Below are positions 7,744-16,975 of a stretch of 64,000 nucleotides of DNA, piece by piece. Below the pieces are notes generated by a model, which was given only the letters and a program-made list of their open reading frames with translations, did not search any database and was not told the origin of the DNA. The first letter of the stretch is position 1; each line of letters opens with the position of its first letter. This DNA comes from Burkholderiaceae bacterium (GTDB lineage: Bacteria > Pseudomonadota > Gammaproteobacteria > Burkholderiales > Burkholderiaceae_C): assembly GCA_041912595.1 (NCBI GenBank), contig JAYRMR010000013.1, forward strand, positions 1 through 64,000, given 5' to 3'. Both the position numbers and the translations under genes were made by a program.

Positions 7744-9270
7744 ATGGTTTGCGAGATGGCCACCGTGCGTGGCCCGGGCAGCGCTTTGCCCAAACACCGC
7801 CGGCCGACCGGCGCCAAGCCCCAGCGGGGCCAGGCCATGATCTGGATGCTGGGCATGCTGGCAGCCAGTGGCGCGGTCATGTTCGCGCTGTTCAACACCT
7901 CGCAGACCACGGTGAGCAAGGAGCGCACCATCAATGCCGCCGATGCCGCGGCATTGGCAGGGGCGACGGCCGAGGCCCGCCTGCTCAACCTGATGGCCTA
8001 CAACAACCGCGCCATCATCGCCAACGAAGCCTTCCTGATCCAGTTGCTCAGCCTGGAGGGCTGGACGCAGTATGTGGGCAAGACCGCGAAGACGTTCGGC
8101 ACGATCCTGCACATCCTGAGCTTGATCCCGCCGATCTCGGCACCCGCCAATGCCGCTGCCACGGCGCTGGACAAGGCAAGCACCGCCGCAGACAAAGCCC
8201 ACGATGCGGTGAGCAGCGGGGCCACGCCCGTCGTCATCACGATGCTCGAGACAGCCAAGAGCGTCGCCAAGTTGTCTCATGGCGCCATCCGTGAAACCGG
8301 CAGCTTCCTGGCTGCCGACGCGGCACGCGCCATCGCCTCCGCCAACCGCACGGACTTCGGCGGACGCCACGACCCGGGCCAGAGCGTTCTGGAGACGCCC
8401 GCGATGATGGGCGTCACGCTGGGCATGAACCTCACGGACTGGCGCAACTTCACCAAGATCTACGAAGGCTCCGAACGCGGCGACGCCAAGCAGGTGCTGC
8501 TGGACTCGCGGGATGCCTTCACCACGAGCCGGCCCGGCCGCTCGTGGCTCAACTTCAAGTTCGATGTCATCCCCCTGGTGCGGCGCGTCGGCCTCGAGAA
8601 GAACGGCGGCTCCCAACTGGTCGGCTTCGACCGCTGGGAGACGCAGGACACCCTGGAGCTGCTGACCTGGACCAAACGGCGCCCGTGGAGCGGCTGGCGA
8701 CTGAATCCCAGCGACGGCCTCCCCCTCGGCTGGGGCCGCGCCACGGCGGATGACACCGAGAACAAGGGCAATGTCTGGTCGCCCTCCCGCCTGGCCCAGC
8801 GTCGGGCGCGCAACGACGGCGACGCGCACGGCGGCTGGTCCGGCGTGCCATCGCTCTACAACGTCGCGGACACCAGCGAGCCGGCCCGCGCTGGCCTGGG
8901 CGTGGACTTCCTCGTGGCCGTCGGACGCCCGCAGGGCAATGACATCACGACTACCTCGCTGAAGATGGGCAGCACGAGCACCAGCGTCCTGGGCGCGACG
9001 GACATGCCGCAGGCTCAGGATGCGGGCCGCCATACGGCATTCGCCAAGGCCCGCGTGAGCTTCGAGCGGCCCCAACGGGGACTTGCCGGTGACACCACCG
9101 CAGCGCCTCTGTGGCGTCGCGACACCGCGAAGGAATATGGCTCGCTCTACAGCCCTTACTGGCAGGCGCGCCTCGCCGACCTGACGGTGGGCGAGAAGAC
9201 GGCCATGCTGGCCGCCGTCGGACTGACGCCGGACTACCTCGTCTACACGCCGGGAGCGCAGTCCAAATGA
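7744..9270 (+). CDS. TadG-like Flp pilus assembly protein
   Basis: N-terminus …KPQRGQAMIWMLGMLAASGAVMFALFNTSQ matches the TadE/G-like N-terminal motif. 508 aa, no obvious vWA MIDAS motif. GAGGGAG RBS. Confidence 0.7.
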   Translation: MVCEMATVRGPGSALPKHRRPTGAKPQRGQAMIWMLGMLAASGAVMFALFNTSQTTVSKERTINAADAAALAGATAEARLLNLMAYNNRAIIANEAFLIQLLSLEGWTQYVGKTAKTFGTILHILSLIPPISAPANAAATALDKASTAADKAHDAVSSGATPVVITMLETAKSVAKLSHGAIRETGSFLAADAARAIASANRTDFGGRHDPGQSVLETPAMMGVTLGMNLTDWRNFTKIYEGSERGDAKQVLLDSRDAFTTSRPGRSWLNFKFDVIPLVRRVGLEKNGGSQLVGFDRWETQDTLELLTWTKRRPWSGWRLNPSDGLPLGWGRATADDTENKGNVWSPSRLAQRRARNDGDAHGGWSGVPSLYNVADTSEPARAGLGVDFLVAVGRPQGNDITTTSLKMGSTSTSVLGATDMPQAQDAGRHTAFAKARVSFERPQRGLAGDTTAAPLWRRDTAKEYGSLYSPYWQARLADLTVGEKTAMLAAVGLTPDYLVYTPGAQSK

Positions 9271-10268
9271 AGGCGTTCAGCCGCGGCACCGCCGCTCCGG
9301 CCGCAAGTCGTGAACTTGACGGCGTGTGCCCCATGAGTCCGCCCCCCCGGCGTAAGCGCTGGCCGTTCCCTGGCAGGTCCTTTGCTGCGGCCGCCCTGAT
9401 GGCCCTGTTGGCCGGCGGCCTGCATGCCGCAGGCCAGAAGGAGGGCCGTGTGCCGGCGGTCCGCGTCGTGACGGCCGGTCACGCGCCCGCGAGCCAGTTG
9501 CGGGATCAGCTCGAGCCCCTGCTCATGCTGTGTCGCAAGCAGCTGAACCTCCCGCCCGAACCCAGCGGCATGCCCAGCGACGCCGCGCTGGCGCGTGTCG
9601 CCAGCATCGAGACCGAGGTGCTGCTCGATGGCCCCCGCTATGCGAAGTACCAGACCACCCGCAATCTCCTGCCGGATGACAAGGACGGCTGCAAGGTGAA
9701 GGTGCTCCGGCAGTTCACGGTGGAGCTCGAGAGCAGTTGCGACCGGCGCTGGTCCGCCACGTCCGGTGGGCCTGGCTTCAAGGCCGCACCCATGAAAAGT
9801 AGCGAGCTCGTCTACACCCAGGACGCTGAGCAAGCCCGATCCTCGCCGTGCCAGGTCCGCGTGGAGCCCACGCCCGATCTGGTCGCCGCCTGGAAGAAGA
9901 CGTCCCGTCAGCCGGCTGGCCTGGGTGCCCAATGCCTGTGGAGCAACGAGCTCGGTCTGCACCTGGGCGGCAGCAAGGCATCGGCCCATCCCGACCCGCT
10001 CAGCGGCAGCTGCTATGCCGCGGACCTGCCGGACTACCCCTTCACCACCTATCAAGGCAACCGGCGCTCCGTGTCCCTGAAGTTCCGCATGGCACGACTG
10101 CCGGGAGACACCTTCCGGCCGCCGGGCATCGTGGCCGGCCTGCTCGACCAGGAACTGAAGGAATTCAGCATGGATGCCGCAATCCCGGAAGGCCGCTTCA
10201 GTCGCGCGCAGGCCGAGGCCTTCCTGAAGCAGCCCGCCATCGTTCCTCTTGCGGAGCCCAGCAAATGA
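9267..10268 (+). CDS. Hypothetical secreted Cys-containing protein (tad operon)
   Basis: ATGA overlap with the tadG stop. Signal-like segment RSFAAAALMALLAGGLHAAG. No recognisable domain. Alternative start at Met 9333. Confidence 0.5.
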   Translation: MKAFSRGTAAPAASRELDGVCPMSPPPRRKRWPFPGRSFAAAALMALLAGGLHAAGQKEGRVPAVRVVTAGHAPASQLRDQLEPLLMLCRKQLNLPPEPSGMPSDAALARVASIETEVLLDGPRYAKYQTTRNLLPDDKDGCKVKVLRQFTVELESSCDRRWSATSGGPGFKAAPMKSSELVYTQDAEQARSSPCQVRVEPTPDLVAAWKKTSRQPAGLGAQCLWSNELGLHLGGSKASAHPDPLSGSCYAADLPDYPFTTYQGNRRSVSLKFRMARLPGDTFRPPGIVAGLLDQELKEFSMDAAIPEGRFSRAQAEAFLKQPAIVPLAEPSK

Positions 10269-11083
10269 AGCACGCCCTGCCTCTCCCGGACGCCTGCACA
10301 CAGCGCACAGCCCCCGCCACGCGTCGTGCGAGGCAGCGTGGCCAGTCCATCTCCGAGTTCCTGGTGTCGCTGATCGCCCTGGTGCCGGTCTTTCTGGCCA
10401 TCACCTACCTGGGCCGCTATGCCGACCTGCACCAGCGGGCCACGCAGGCCAGCCGGTACGCCGCCTTCCAGCGCACCATGCAGCCGAACACCGCCATCCT
10501 GTCCGACGCGGATCTGCAGGACCAGATGCGCGCACGCTTCTTCCTGGCGCCCAAGGCCCTGCACGATGGCCGCATCCAGTCGGACGACTCCGTGGCAGGC
10601 ATCACCGATGCGAAGAAGTCCCCGGCCATCTGGAGCGACCTGAGCGGCAAGGCGCTGCTGGCCAAGCCGGGCGACGTCACCATGACCTGGGACAGCAAGG
10701 CCATGGGCAACAAATCGGTGGTCAGCGGTCTGGACAAGGCCTTCGGCCTCGTGGGCAAGGACTACACGCCGGGGCACCGCGCCATGGTTGAACTGACGCT
10801 GCTGAACCGTCTGGACCAGACGGAAGCCACGCCCAAGGCGCTGAAACTCGCGGCGGCGACGACCGCCCCCGGGGAGTCCCTCGTCGCCAAAGGCGGCGAC
10901 GGGACCGCCGATGCCGCCCGCCGGCTGGTCCCGGCGACCCTCATCCCGTCCGTTGTCGAATCAGTGCTGGGCTTTGTGATCTCGCTGTTCGAGCAGGATT
11001 CGCCGGACATCGGCTGCATCAAGGCAGACACCGTCCCCACGAATCGACTCAAAGGCGCCACACAGCAAGACGTGTGCCGCTGA
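10265..11083 (+). CDS. TadE-like pseudopilin
   Basis: ATGA-coupled start. RGQSISEFLVSLIALVPVFLAITYLG is the TadE-like domain. Confidence 0.7.
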   Translation: MKHALPLPDACTQRTAPATRRARQRGQSISEFLVSLIALVPVFLAITYLGRYADLHQRATQASRYAAFQRTMQPNTAILSDADLQDQMRARFFLAPKALHDGRIQSDDSVAGITDAKKSPAIWSDLSGKALLAKPGDVTMTWDSKAMGNKSVVSGLDKAFGLVGKDYTPGHRAMVELTLLNRLDQTEATPKALKLAAATTAPGESLVAKGGDGTADAARRLVPATLIPSVVESVLGFVISLFEQDSPDIGCIKADTVPTNRLKGATQQDVCR

Positions 11084-11781
11084 TCATGGCCCCCTATCTG
11101 TCTCCTCGGCTGCTGCCGCTCCTGCTGGGCATCGTCTGGGTGTCCGCGCAGGCCACCGACTGGCGATCGCTGGCGCTGCCGGATCGCACCCAGGGCGAAT
11201 GGGTGCTGGGCGAAGCCCGCGTCAACGGCGTCCCGATGCAGACCCAGCGGCTGACGTCACGGCTGACGGTCGAGCAACTGCTCGCGCATTTCGAGGACCA
11301 GTGGAAGCGCTGGGGTTCCGTGCGCCGCGCCACCACCGCGGGCTGGCAGACGCTCAGCGTCAACACGGGTCCGGTGCAACTGACCCTGCAGGCCAAGGCG
11401 GCCCAGGACGGTAGCGAGGGCATCCTGACCCAGGCGGCCTGGCCCGAGCGGCAGCGGGACTTCCTTCCCCCGGAACTCCCTGACCTGCCCCGCACCGACG
11501 CCCAGCAGGTCACCGAGTCCCGCGACGGCCCGCGCCGCAGCCGCCTCGTGCATCTGCTATCCCAGGACAACCTGGAACTCAACCGCCAGCGCTGGCAGGC
11601 CTATGCCCGCCGCAAGGGCTGGGCGCTGACCACCGAGAAGCTGCTCAAGCAGTCCGGGCAGCAGCACTGGCTGGCGAGCTTCACCAGCGGCGGCGCCCTG
11701 ACGCTGGACCTCGTCCTGTCCCAGTCCGACGCCGCTGCCAAAACCAGCATCACCGCCAACTTCCTGGACACCGTGCCATGA
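11074..11781 (+). CDS. Hypothetical secreted protein (tad operon)
   Basis: Signal peptide MPLIMAPYLSPRLLPLLLGIVWVSAQA. 235 aa with no recognisable domain. Overlaps its neighbours. Confidence 0.5.
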   Translation: MPLIMAPYLSPRLLPLLLGIVWVSAQATDWRSLALPDRTQGEWVLGEARVNGVPMQTQRLTSRLTVEQLLAHFEDQWKRWGSVRRATTAGWQTLSVNTGPVQLTLQAKAAQDGSEGILTQAAWPERQRDFLPPELPDLPRTDAQQVTESRDGPRRSRLVHLLSQDNLELNRQRWQAYARRKGWALTTEKLLKQSGQQHWLASFTSGGALTLDLVLSQSDAAAKTSITANFLDTVP

Positions 11782-11960
11782 CACCGATCCACCGCCGCCG
11801 CCAGCGCGGCCAGGCCACCCTCGAATACGCCATCGCCGCCAGCGCGCTGGTCATGGCGCTGTTCGTCGTCGAGTTCAGCGGCAAGACCGCCGCACAGTAC
11901 CTCGCAGAAGCCGTCCGCGTCTTCTACAAGAACCTCAGCTATTTCCTCTCCCTGCCCTGA
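11778..11960 (+). CDS. Second Flp-family pilin/minor pilin (Flp-2), 60 aa
   Basis: RRQRGQATLEYAIAASALVMALFVV carries a G/XXXXEY prepilin motif. ATGA-coupled to the upstream gene and sits immediately before cpaB. Confidence 0.55.
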   Translation: MTPIHRRRQRGQATLEYAIAASALVMALFVVEFSGKTAAQYLAEAVRVFYKNLSYFLSLP

Positions 11961-11962
11961 CC

Positions 11963-12847
11963 ATGGCCCTCTCCCTGAAAAAGATCAACAGCAACTGGCT
12001 GCTCCTCGGCGCCGCGATTCTCCTGGGCGGCGGCGCAGCCTATCTCGGGGGTGCCGCGCTGAAGCAGCGGATGCACGAGCTGGACGAGCAGGCCAATGCG
12101 GGCAAGGACATGGTCTCCGTCGTCGTCGCGCGGCGTGACATGCAGCGCGGCGAACCCGTCGAGCCCGACTCCTTCGCCGTGCGCAAGGTGCCCAGCGAGT
12201 ACCTCAACGCCGACGCGGTGAAGCCCGGCGACTTCGAGCCCTACGTGACGCAGCGCCTGATCGTCGGCCTCAAGCGCGGCGACGTCCTGCTGCCCGTGCA
12301 CACCGAGGGCAACGGGAACAAGGTGTTCTCGTCCACCCTGGGCGTCGGCAAGCGCGCCCTGACCTTCGAGGTGGACACCGTCAACTCCGTCTCCGGGATG
12401 CTGCGCCCGGGCGACCGCATCGACCTGCTCTACACCGCCAAGGGCCTGGACTCGGTCGATGTCACCCAGCCCCTGCTCTCCAACCTGGAGATCCTGGCCA
12501 CCGACCAGAACCAGACCCGCCGTGACGAGAACGGCAAGGAACGCAACTTCTCGACCATCACCATGGAGCTGTCGCCCCAGGACGCCCAGCGCGTGATCGT
12601 CGCCAAGCAGGCTGGCCGCCTGACCGCCCTGCTCCGCCACCCGGACGACAAGGCCGCCAACCCGAGCGGCGCCATGGACCCCACCGTGCTGCTGAGCGGT
12701 CGCGTGCGTCGCGCCAACGGCGAGCGCCAGGGCATCGAGTACCTGGTCGGCGGAGGCGGCGGCCCGGCTGACATCAAGACCCAGCTCAGCCGCCTGGCGC
12801 TGAGCGGCGAGCTCGGCGCTCCCGCCGCGGCCCCTGCCAAGCCCTGA
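11963..12847 (+). CDS. cpaB: Flp pilus assembly protein CpaB/RcpC
   Basis: 294 aa. N-terminal TM helix, then SAF-like β domains (VVVARRDMQRGEPV…, RPGDRIDLLYT). Position matches the canonical tad order. Confidence 0.85.
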   Translation: MALSLKKINSNWLLLGAAILLGGGAAYLGGAALKQRMHELDEQANAGKDMVSVVVARRDMQRGEPVEPDSFAVRKVPSEYLNADAVKPGDFEPYVTQRLIVGLKRGDVLLPVHTEGNGNKVFSSTLGVGKRALTFEVDTVNSVSGMLRPGDRIDLLYTAKGLDSVDVTQPLLSNLEILATDQNQTRRDENGKERNFSTITMELSPQDAQRVIVAKQAGRLTALLRHPDDKAANPSGAMDPTVLLSGRVRRANGERQGIEYLVGGGGGPADIKTQLSRLALSGELGAPAAAPAKP

Positions 12848-12855
12848 TCGCCGCC

Positions 12856-14376
12856 ATGTCCATCGCATTCAATCTCACGTTCCCCATGTCCTCGACTCCT
12901 ACCCTCGGTCTGGCGCGTCCGCTCGTCCTGCTCGCCTGTCTCACGCTCTGCGCCACGGCCCATGCCGACCCGGCCGGCGACACCCCCGCGGCCGGCCCCG
13001 GCGCGGGCCGCGGCGCGGTGAACCCCGCGGCCGTGCAGTCCACGCTGATCGAGACGGCCAAGCCGGCCCGCGGTGCGGCCAAGCCCGCCCCGGGCCCGGT
13101 CGCCATCGAGTCCGGCCCCACCCGGACCCTGGCCGTGGGCGACGTCTCCACGATCAACCTGCCCGGCGTCGTGCGCATCGCCATCGGCAATGGCGGCCTG
13201 CTGAAGGCCACCGTGGTCGATGACCGCGAGATCGTGCTGATCGCCGAACAGTCCGGCCGCACGACCATGCATGTCTGGCTGAAGAACGGTCGGCAGCTGA
13301 GCTACGAGATCGAGGTGCTGGCCTCGCGCCCCAACCGCGTGCTGGACGAACTCCAGGGCCTGTTGAAGGAGACGCCGGGCCTCACTGCCCGCGTGGTGGG
13401 CGAGCGCGTCGTGATCGAGGGCCGCTACCAGGACAGCACCGTCGCCCAGCGCATCAAGCGCCTGGCGAGCAACTTCCCGCAGATCCTCAACCTCGTGCCT
13501 GACCGCCCGGTGGACGCCGACCCCCTGCAGCTCGAACGCATGGTGCAGATCGACCTGCGCGTGATCGAGGTGAAGAAGCGCGCGCTGGACCAGCTGGGCA
13601 TCAAGTGGGCCAGCGGTGCCGCAGGCCCCACCTTCGCCACCAACGCCCTCGTGTACAGCAACACCCCGTGGCGTCCGGAGACGACCAACGGCTACCCGCC
13701 CGTCAACACCAGCAACCCGATCTACAGCTACCTCGGCATGGCGACGCAGATCACCAGTGCCCTGCGCTTCCTCGAGACCCGCGGCGAAGCCTGGACCCTG
13801 GCCGAACCGCGCCTGAGCTGCCGCAGCGGCGGCGAGGCCAACTTCCTGGCCGGTGGCGAGATTCCCATCCCCGTCGGCCAGGGCAATGGCGCGATCGGCG
13901 TGATCTACAAGCAGTACGGCGTGCGCATCGAGTTCAAGCCCCAGGCCGATGGCCACGGCAACATCGACTCCGGTCTGATGGTCGAGGTGAGCGAGCCCGA
14001 CGGCCGCAACTCCAACGCCGGCTTCATCGCCTTCACGACGAACCGCACCGACACGCAGGTCGCCATGAAGGAAGGGGAACCGCTGGTGATCTCGGGCCTG
14101 CTGCGCCAGCGCACCGAGCGCAGCACCGACGCCGTGCCGGGCCTGGGCCGCATCCCCATCATCAGCAATCTGTTCAAGTCGCGCGACCACACGAACGAGC
14201 AGACCGAGCTCATCGTGATCGCCACGCCGCGCATCATCACGCCCGACTCCGCCCTCACCCGCCTGAGCGTCGACAAGGCCGCCAGCCTGGCGGAGCAGGT
14301 CAACGAACGCGTGACGAGCAAGCTCAAGCCCGAGTCCGGCAGCAACGGCGCCGAGTCGGGCCAGGAGGCACGCTGA
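12856..14376 (+). CDS. cpaC: Flp pilus secretin CpaC/RcpA
   Basis: 506 aa. BON-like N-domain, then secretin C-domain (…ISGLLRQRTERSTDAVPGLGRIPIISNLFKSRDHTNEQTELIVIATPRII). Confidence 0.9.
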   Translation: MSIAFNLTFPMSSTPTLGLARPLVLLACLTLCATAHADPAGDTPAAGPGAGRGAVNPAAVQSTLIETAKPARGAAKPAPGPVAIESGPTRTLAVGDVSTINLPGVVRIAIGNGGLLKATVVDDREIVLIAEQSGRTTMHVWLKNGRQLSYEIEVLASRPNRVLDELQGLLKETPGLTARVVGERVVIEGRYQDSTVAQRIKRLASNFPQILNLVPDRPVDADPLQLERMVQIDLRVIEVKKRALDQLGIKWASGAAGPTFATNALVYSNTPWRPETTNGYPPVNTSNPIYSYLGMATQITSALRFLETRGEAWTLAEPRLSCRSGGEANFLAGGEIPIPVGQGNGAIGVIYKQYGVRIEFKPQADGHGNIDSGLMVEVSEPDGRNSNAGFIAFTTNRTDTQVAMKEGEPLVISGLLRQRTERSTDAVPGLGRIPIISNLFKSRDHTNEQTELIVIATPRIITPDSALTRLSVDKAASLAEQVNERVTSKLKPESGSNGAESGQEAR

Positions 14377-16133
14377 TGCTGCACATCCAGATCGAGGGCC
14401 GTGACGGCCTGCAGCAGCTGGCCAGCACCCGCTGCATCGTCGGCAAGGACAGCGAGTGCGACCTCGTGCTGTCCGGCTGGAAGGTCAGCCGGCGGCATGC
14501 CGAGCTGTTCGTGTCGAACGAGCGCGTCTATGTGCGCGACCTGGACTCCAGCTTCGGCACGTGGCTGGGCGAGCAGCGCGTGGGAGACACGATGCCCGTG
14601 CCCACGGGCGCCACGCTGCGCATCGGCGGCCACAGCATCCGCGCGCACTGGGCCCGCCAGGACGCCGAGGCCACGGCCCCCGCGCCCGCGCCCGCGGGCT
14701 CCACGCCTCAGGCCGGCGCCGCGGCGGGCATCGAGCTCCGCCCGCCGAACGCGGCCACCCCGCCTGCAGCCGCACCGGCCGCGGCGTCGCCCGTGATGGC
14801 CCCCGCCACGGCCCCGGTGGCCCCGACCGAGGCCACCGATGTCAGCTTCAAGTACCGCCGCCTGCTGCATGAGCGCCTGCTCGAGTCCTTCGACCTGCGC
14901 CGCACCGACACGCACCGCATGGCGGACGACGAGCTGCAGGAGCTCACCGAGAAGCTGATCTCCGAGCAGATCGACAAGCTGGGCAAGGAGCTGCCCGCCG
15001 GCATCGACAAGCGCGCGCTGCTCGAGCAGGTCCGTGACGAGGCCATCGGCCTGGGCCCGCTGGAGCCGCTGCTGGCGGATCCGTCCATCACCGAAATCAT
15101 GGTGAACAAGGCGGACGAGGTCTTCGTCGAGCAGGGCGGCCAGCTGACGCGCTGGCCCGTGGCCTTCACCAGCGACCGCGCGGTGCAGGGCATCATCGAG
15201 CGCATCGTCGCGCCCATCGGCCGGCGCATCGACGAAAGCTCGCCGATGGTGGACGCCCGCCTGAAGGACGGCTCGCGCGTGAACGCCGTGATCCCGCCGC
15301 TGGCGCTGAAGGGCCCGTCCATCACGATCCGGAAGTTCTCCAAGCGCAAGCTCAACTCCGACGACCTGCTGCGCTTCGGCTCCGCGAGCCCAGCCATGAT
15401 CGAGTTCCTGAAGGTCTGCGTGGAGCACCACCGCAACATGCTGATCTCCGGCGGTACGGGTTCGGGCAAGACGACCTTGCTGAACATCATGTCGAACTTC
15501 ATCCCCGAGGGCGACCGCATCGTCACCATCGAGGATGCGGCCGAGCTGCAGCTGCACCACCCGAACGTGGTCTCGCTGGAAGCCCGCCCGGCCAATATCG
15601 AGGGCAAGGGCCTGGTCGCCATCCGCGACCTCGTGAAGAACTCGCTGCGGATGCGCCCGGACCGCATCGTGGTCGGTGAATGCCGGGGCGGCGAGGCCCT
15701 GGACATGCTGCAGGCCATGAACACGGGCCACGACGGCTCGCTCACCACCGCCCACGCCAACAGCCCGCGCGACATGCTCGCCCGTCTGGAGGTGATGGTG
15801 CTGATGGCCGGCATGGACCTGCCCGTGACGGCCATCCGCGAGCAGATCGCCTCCGCGGTGCAGATCGTCGTGCAGCAGACCCGCTTCGCCTGCGGCACCC
15901 GCAAGGTCACCAGCATCACCGAGGTCACCGGCGTCGAAAGCGGCAAGATCCAGCTGCAGGAGATCTTCGGCTTCGTGCAGACCGGCCGGGACGCCCGCGG
16001 CAAGACGCAGGGCTACTTCACCGGGCGGGGCTTCGTTCCCGAGTTCTATGAGGAGCTGGCGGCCATCGGCATTCCGCTGCGCATGGACATCTTCGACGAG
16101 ACCCCGCCGGAGCAGCGGGGAGCCCGCGCATGA
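14376..16133 (+). CDS. cpaF: CpaF/TadA pilus ATPase with N-terminal FHA domain and Pro/Ala-rich linker
   Basis: Start overlaps the cpaC stop by 1 nt. Residues 1–100 form an FHA domain (GRDGLQ…CDLVL…VSRRHAEL…YVRDLDSSFGTWLGEQRV). The linker is APAPAPAGSTPQAGAAAG…APTEATD. The ATPase has Walker A GGTGSGKTT, Walker B/Asp box and His box. Confidence 0.9.
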   Translation: MLHIQIEGRDGLQQLASTRCIVGKDSECDLVLSGWKVSRRHAELFVSNERVYVRDLDSSFGTWLGEQRVGDTMPVPTGATLRIGGHSIRAHWARQDAEATAPAPAPAGSTPQAGAAAGIELRPPNAATPPAAAPAAASPVMAPATAPVAPTEATDVSFKYRRLLHERLLESFDLRRTDTHRMADDELQELTEKLISEQIDKLGKELPAGIDKRALLEQVRDEAIGLGPLEPLLADPSITEIMVNKADEVFVEQGGQLTRWPVAFTSDRAVQGIIERIVAPIGRRIDESSPMVDARLKDGSRVNAVIPPLALKGPSITIRKFSKRKLNSDDLLRFGSASPAMIEFLKVCVEHHRNMLISGGTGSGKTTLLNIMSNFIPEGDRIVTIEDAAELQLHHPNVVSLEARPANIEGKGLVAIRDLVKNSLRMRPDRIVVGECRGGEALDMLQAMNTGHDGSLTTAHANSPRDMLARLEVMVLMAGMDLPVTAIREQIASAVQIVVQQTRFACGTRKVTSITEVTGVESGKIQLQEIFGFVQTGRDARGKTQGYFTGRGFVPEFYEELAAIGIPLRMDIFDETPPEQRGARA

Positions 16134-16972
16134 CGTCCCAGCTGCTCCTGGTCGGGCTGATGCTCTTCGGCGCGACGGCCGTGCTGCTCCTGCTGGCGCG
16201 GCGCGCGCTGCTGAGCTGGCAGGCGCGCTTCACCGAGACGGCCAAGGTGTCGCTGGAGGACATGTTCGTCTTCATCGACCCGGGCTCGCTCTTCAAGCTG
16301 AACCTGGCGCTGTTCATCCTGGTGCCGCTGCTGCTGTGGGTCTTCACGGGCTCGCCCGTGCTGGCCGTGCTGGGCGGCCTGGGCGGCGCCATCCTGCCGC
16401 GCGCCAGCTGGATCATCCTGCGCCGCCGGCGCATGGCGCTGCTGGTCGAGCAGCTGCCGGACGGCCTCACCATGATGGCCGGCGCCATGCGCGCCGGTGC
16501 CAGCCTGCAGATCGCGCTGGACCTCGTGGTCAAGGAGTCGCCGGCGCCGCTGTCCCAGGAGTTCTCGGTCCTGCTGCGCGAGCAGCGCCTGGGCCTGGCC
16601 CTGGAGGACTCGCTGCGCGGCCTCTCGCAGCGCCTCAAGCAGGAGGACATCGACCTCTTCGTCTCGGCGCTCACCATCGCCAAGGAAGTCGGCGGCAATC
16701 TGTCCGAGATCCTGGAGCGGCTGTCCTCCACGCTGCGCGCCAAGGCCGTCATGGAGGGCAAGATCAAGGCCCTCACCTCGCAGGGCAAGCTGCAGGGCAT
16801 CGTCGTGGGCATGCTGCCGGTCCTGCTGGCCGGCGTGCTCTATGCCATGGACCCGCGGGCCATGACGCCCTTGTTCACCACCATCTACGGCTGGGGCACC
16901 ATGAGCGTGATCTTCATCCTGATCACCATGGGCGCCTTCTTCATCAAGAAGATCGTCACGATCGACGTCTGA
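16130..16972 (+). CDS. tadB: Flp pilus assembly membrane protein TadB
   Basis: 280 aa polytopic protein with a T2SS-F domain (…LSQRLKQEDIDLFVSALTIAKEVGGNLSEILERLS…). Confidence 0.85.
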   Translation: MTSQLLLVGLMLFGATAVLLLLARRALLSWQARFTETAKVSLEDMFVFIDPGSLFKLNLALFILVPLLLWVFTGSPVLAVLGGLGGAILPRASWIILRRRRMALLVEQLPDGLTMMAGAMRAGASLQIALDLVVKESPAPLSQEFSVLLREQRLGLALEDSLRGLSQRLKQEDIDLFVSALTIAKEVGGNLSEILERLSSTLRAKAVMEGKIKALTSQGKLQGIVVGMLPVLLAGVLYAMDPRAMTPLFTTIYGWGTMSVIFILITMGAFFIKKIVTIDV

Positions 16973-16975
16973 ACC

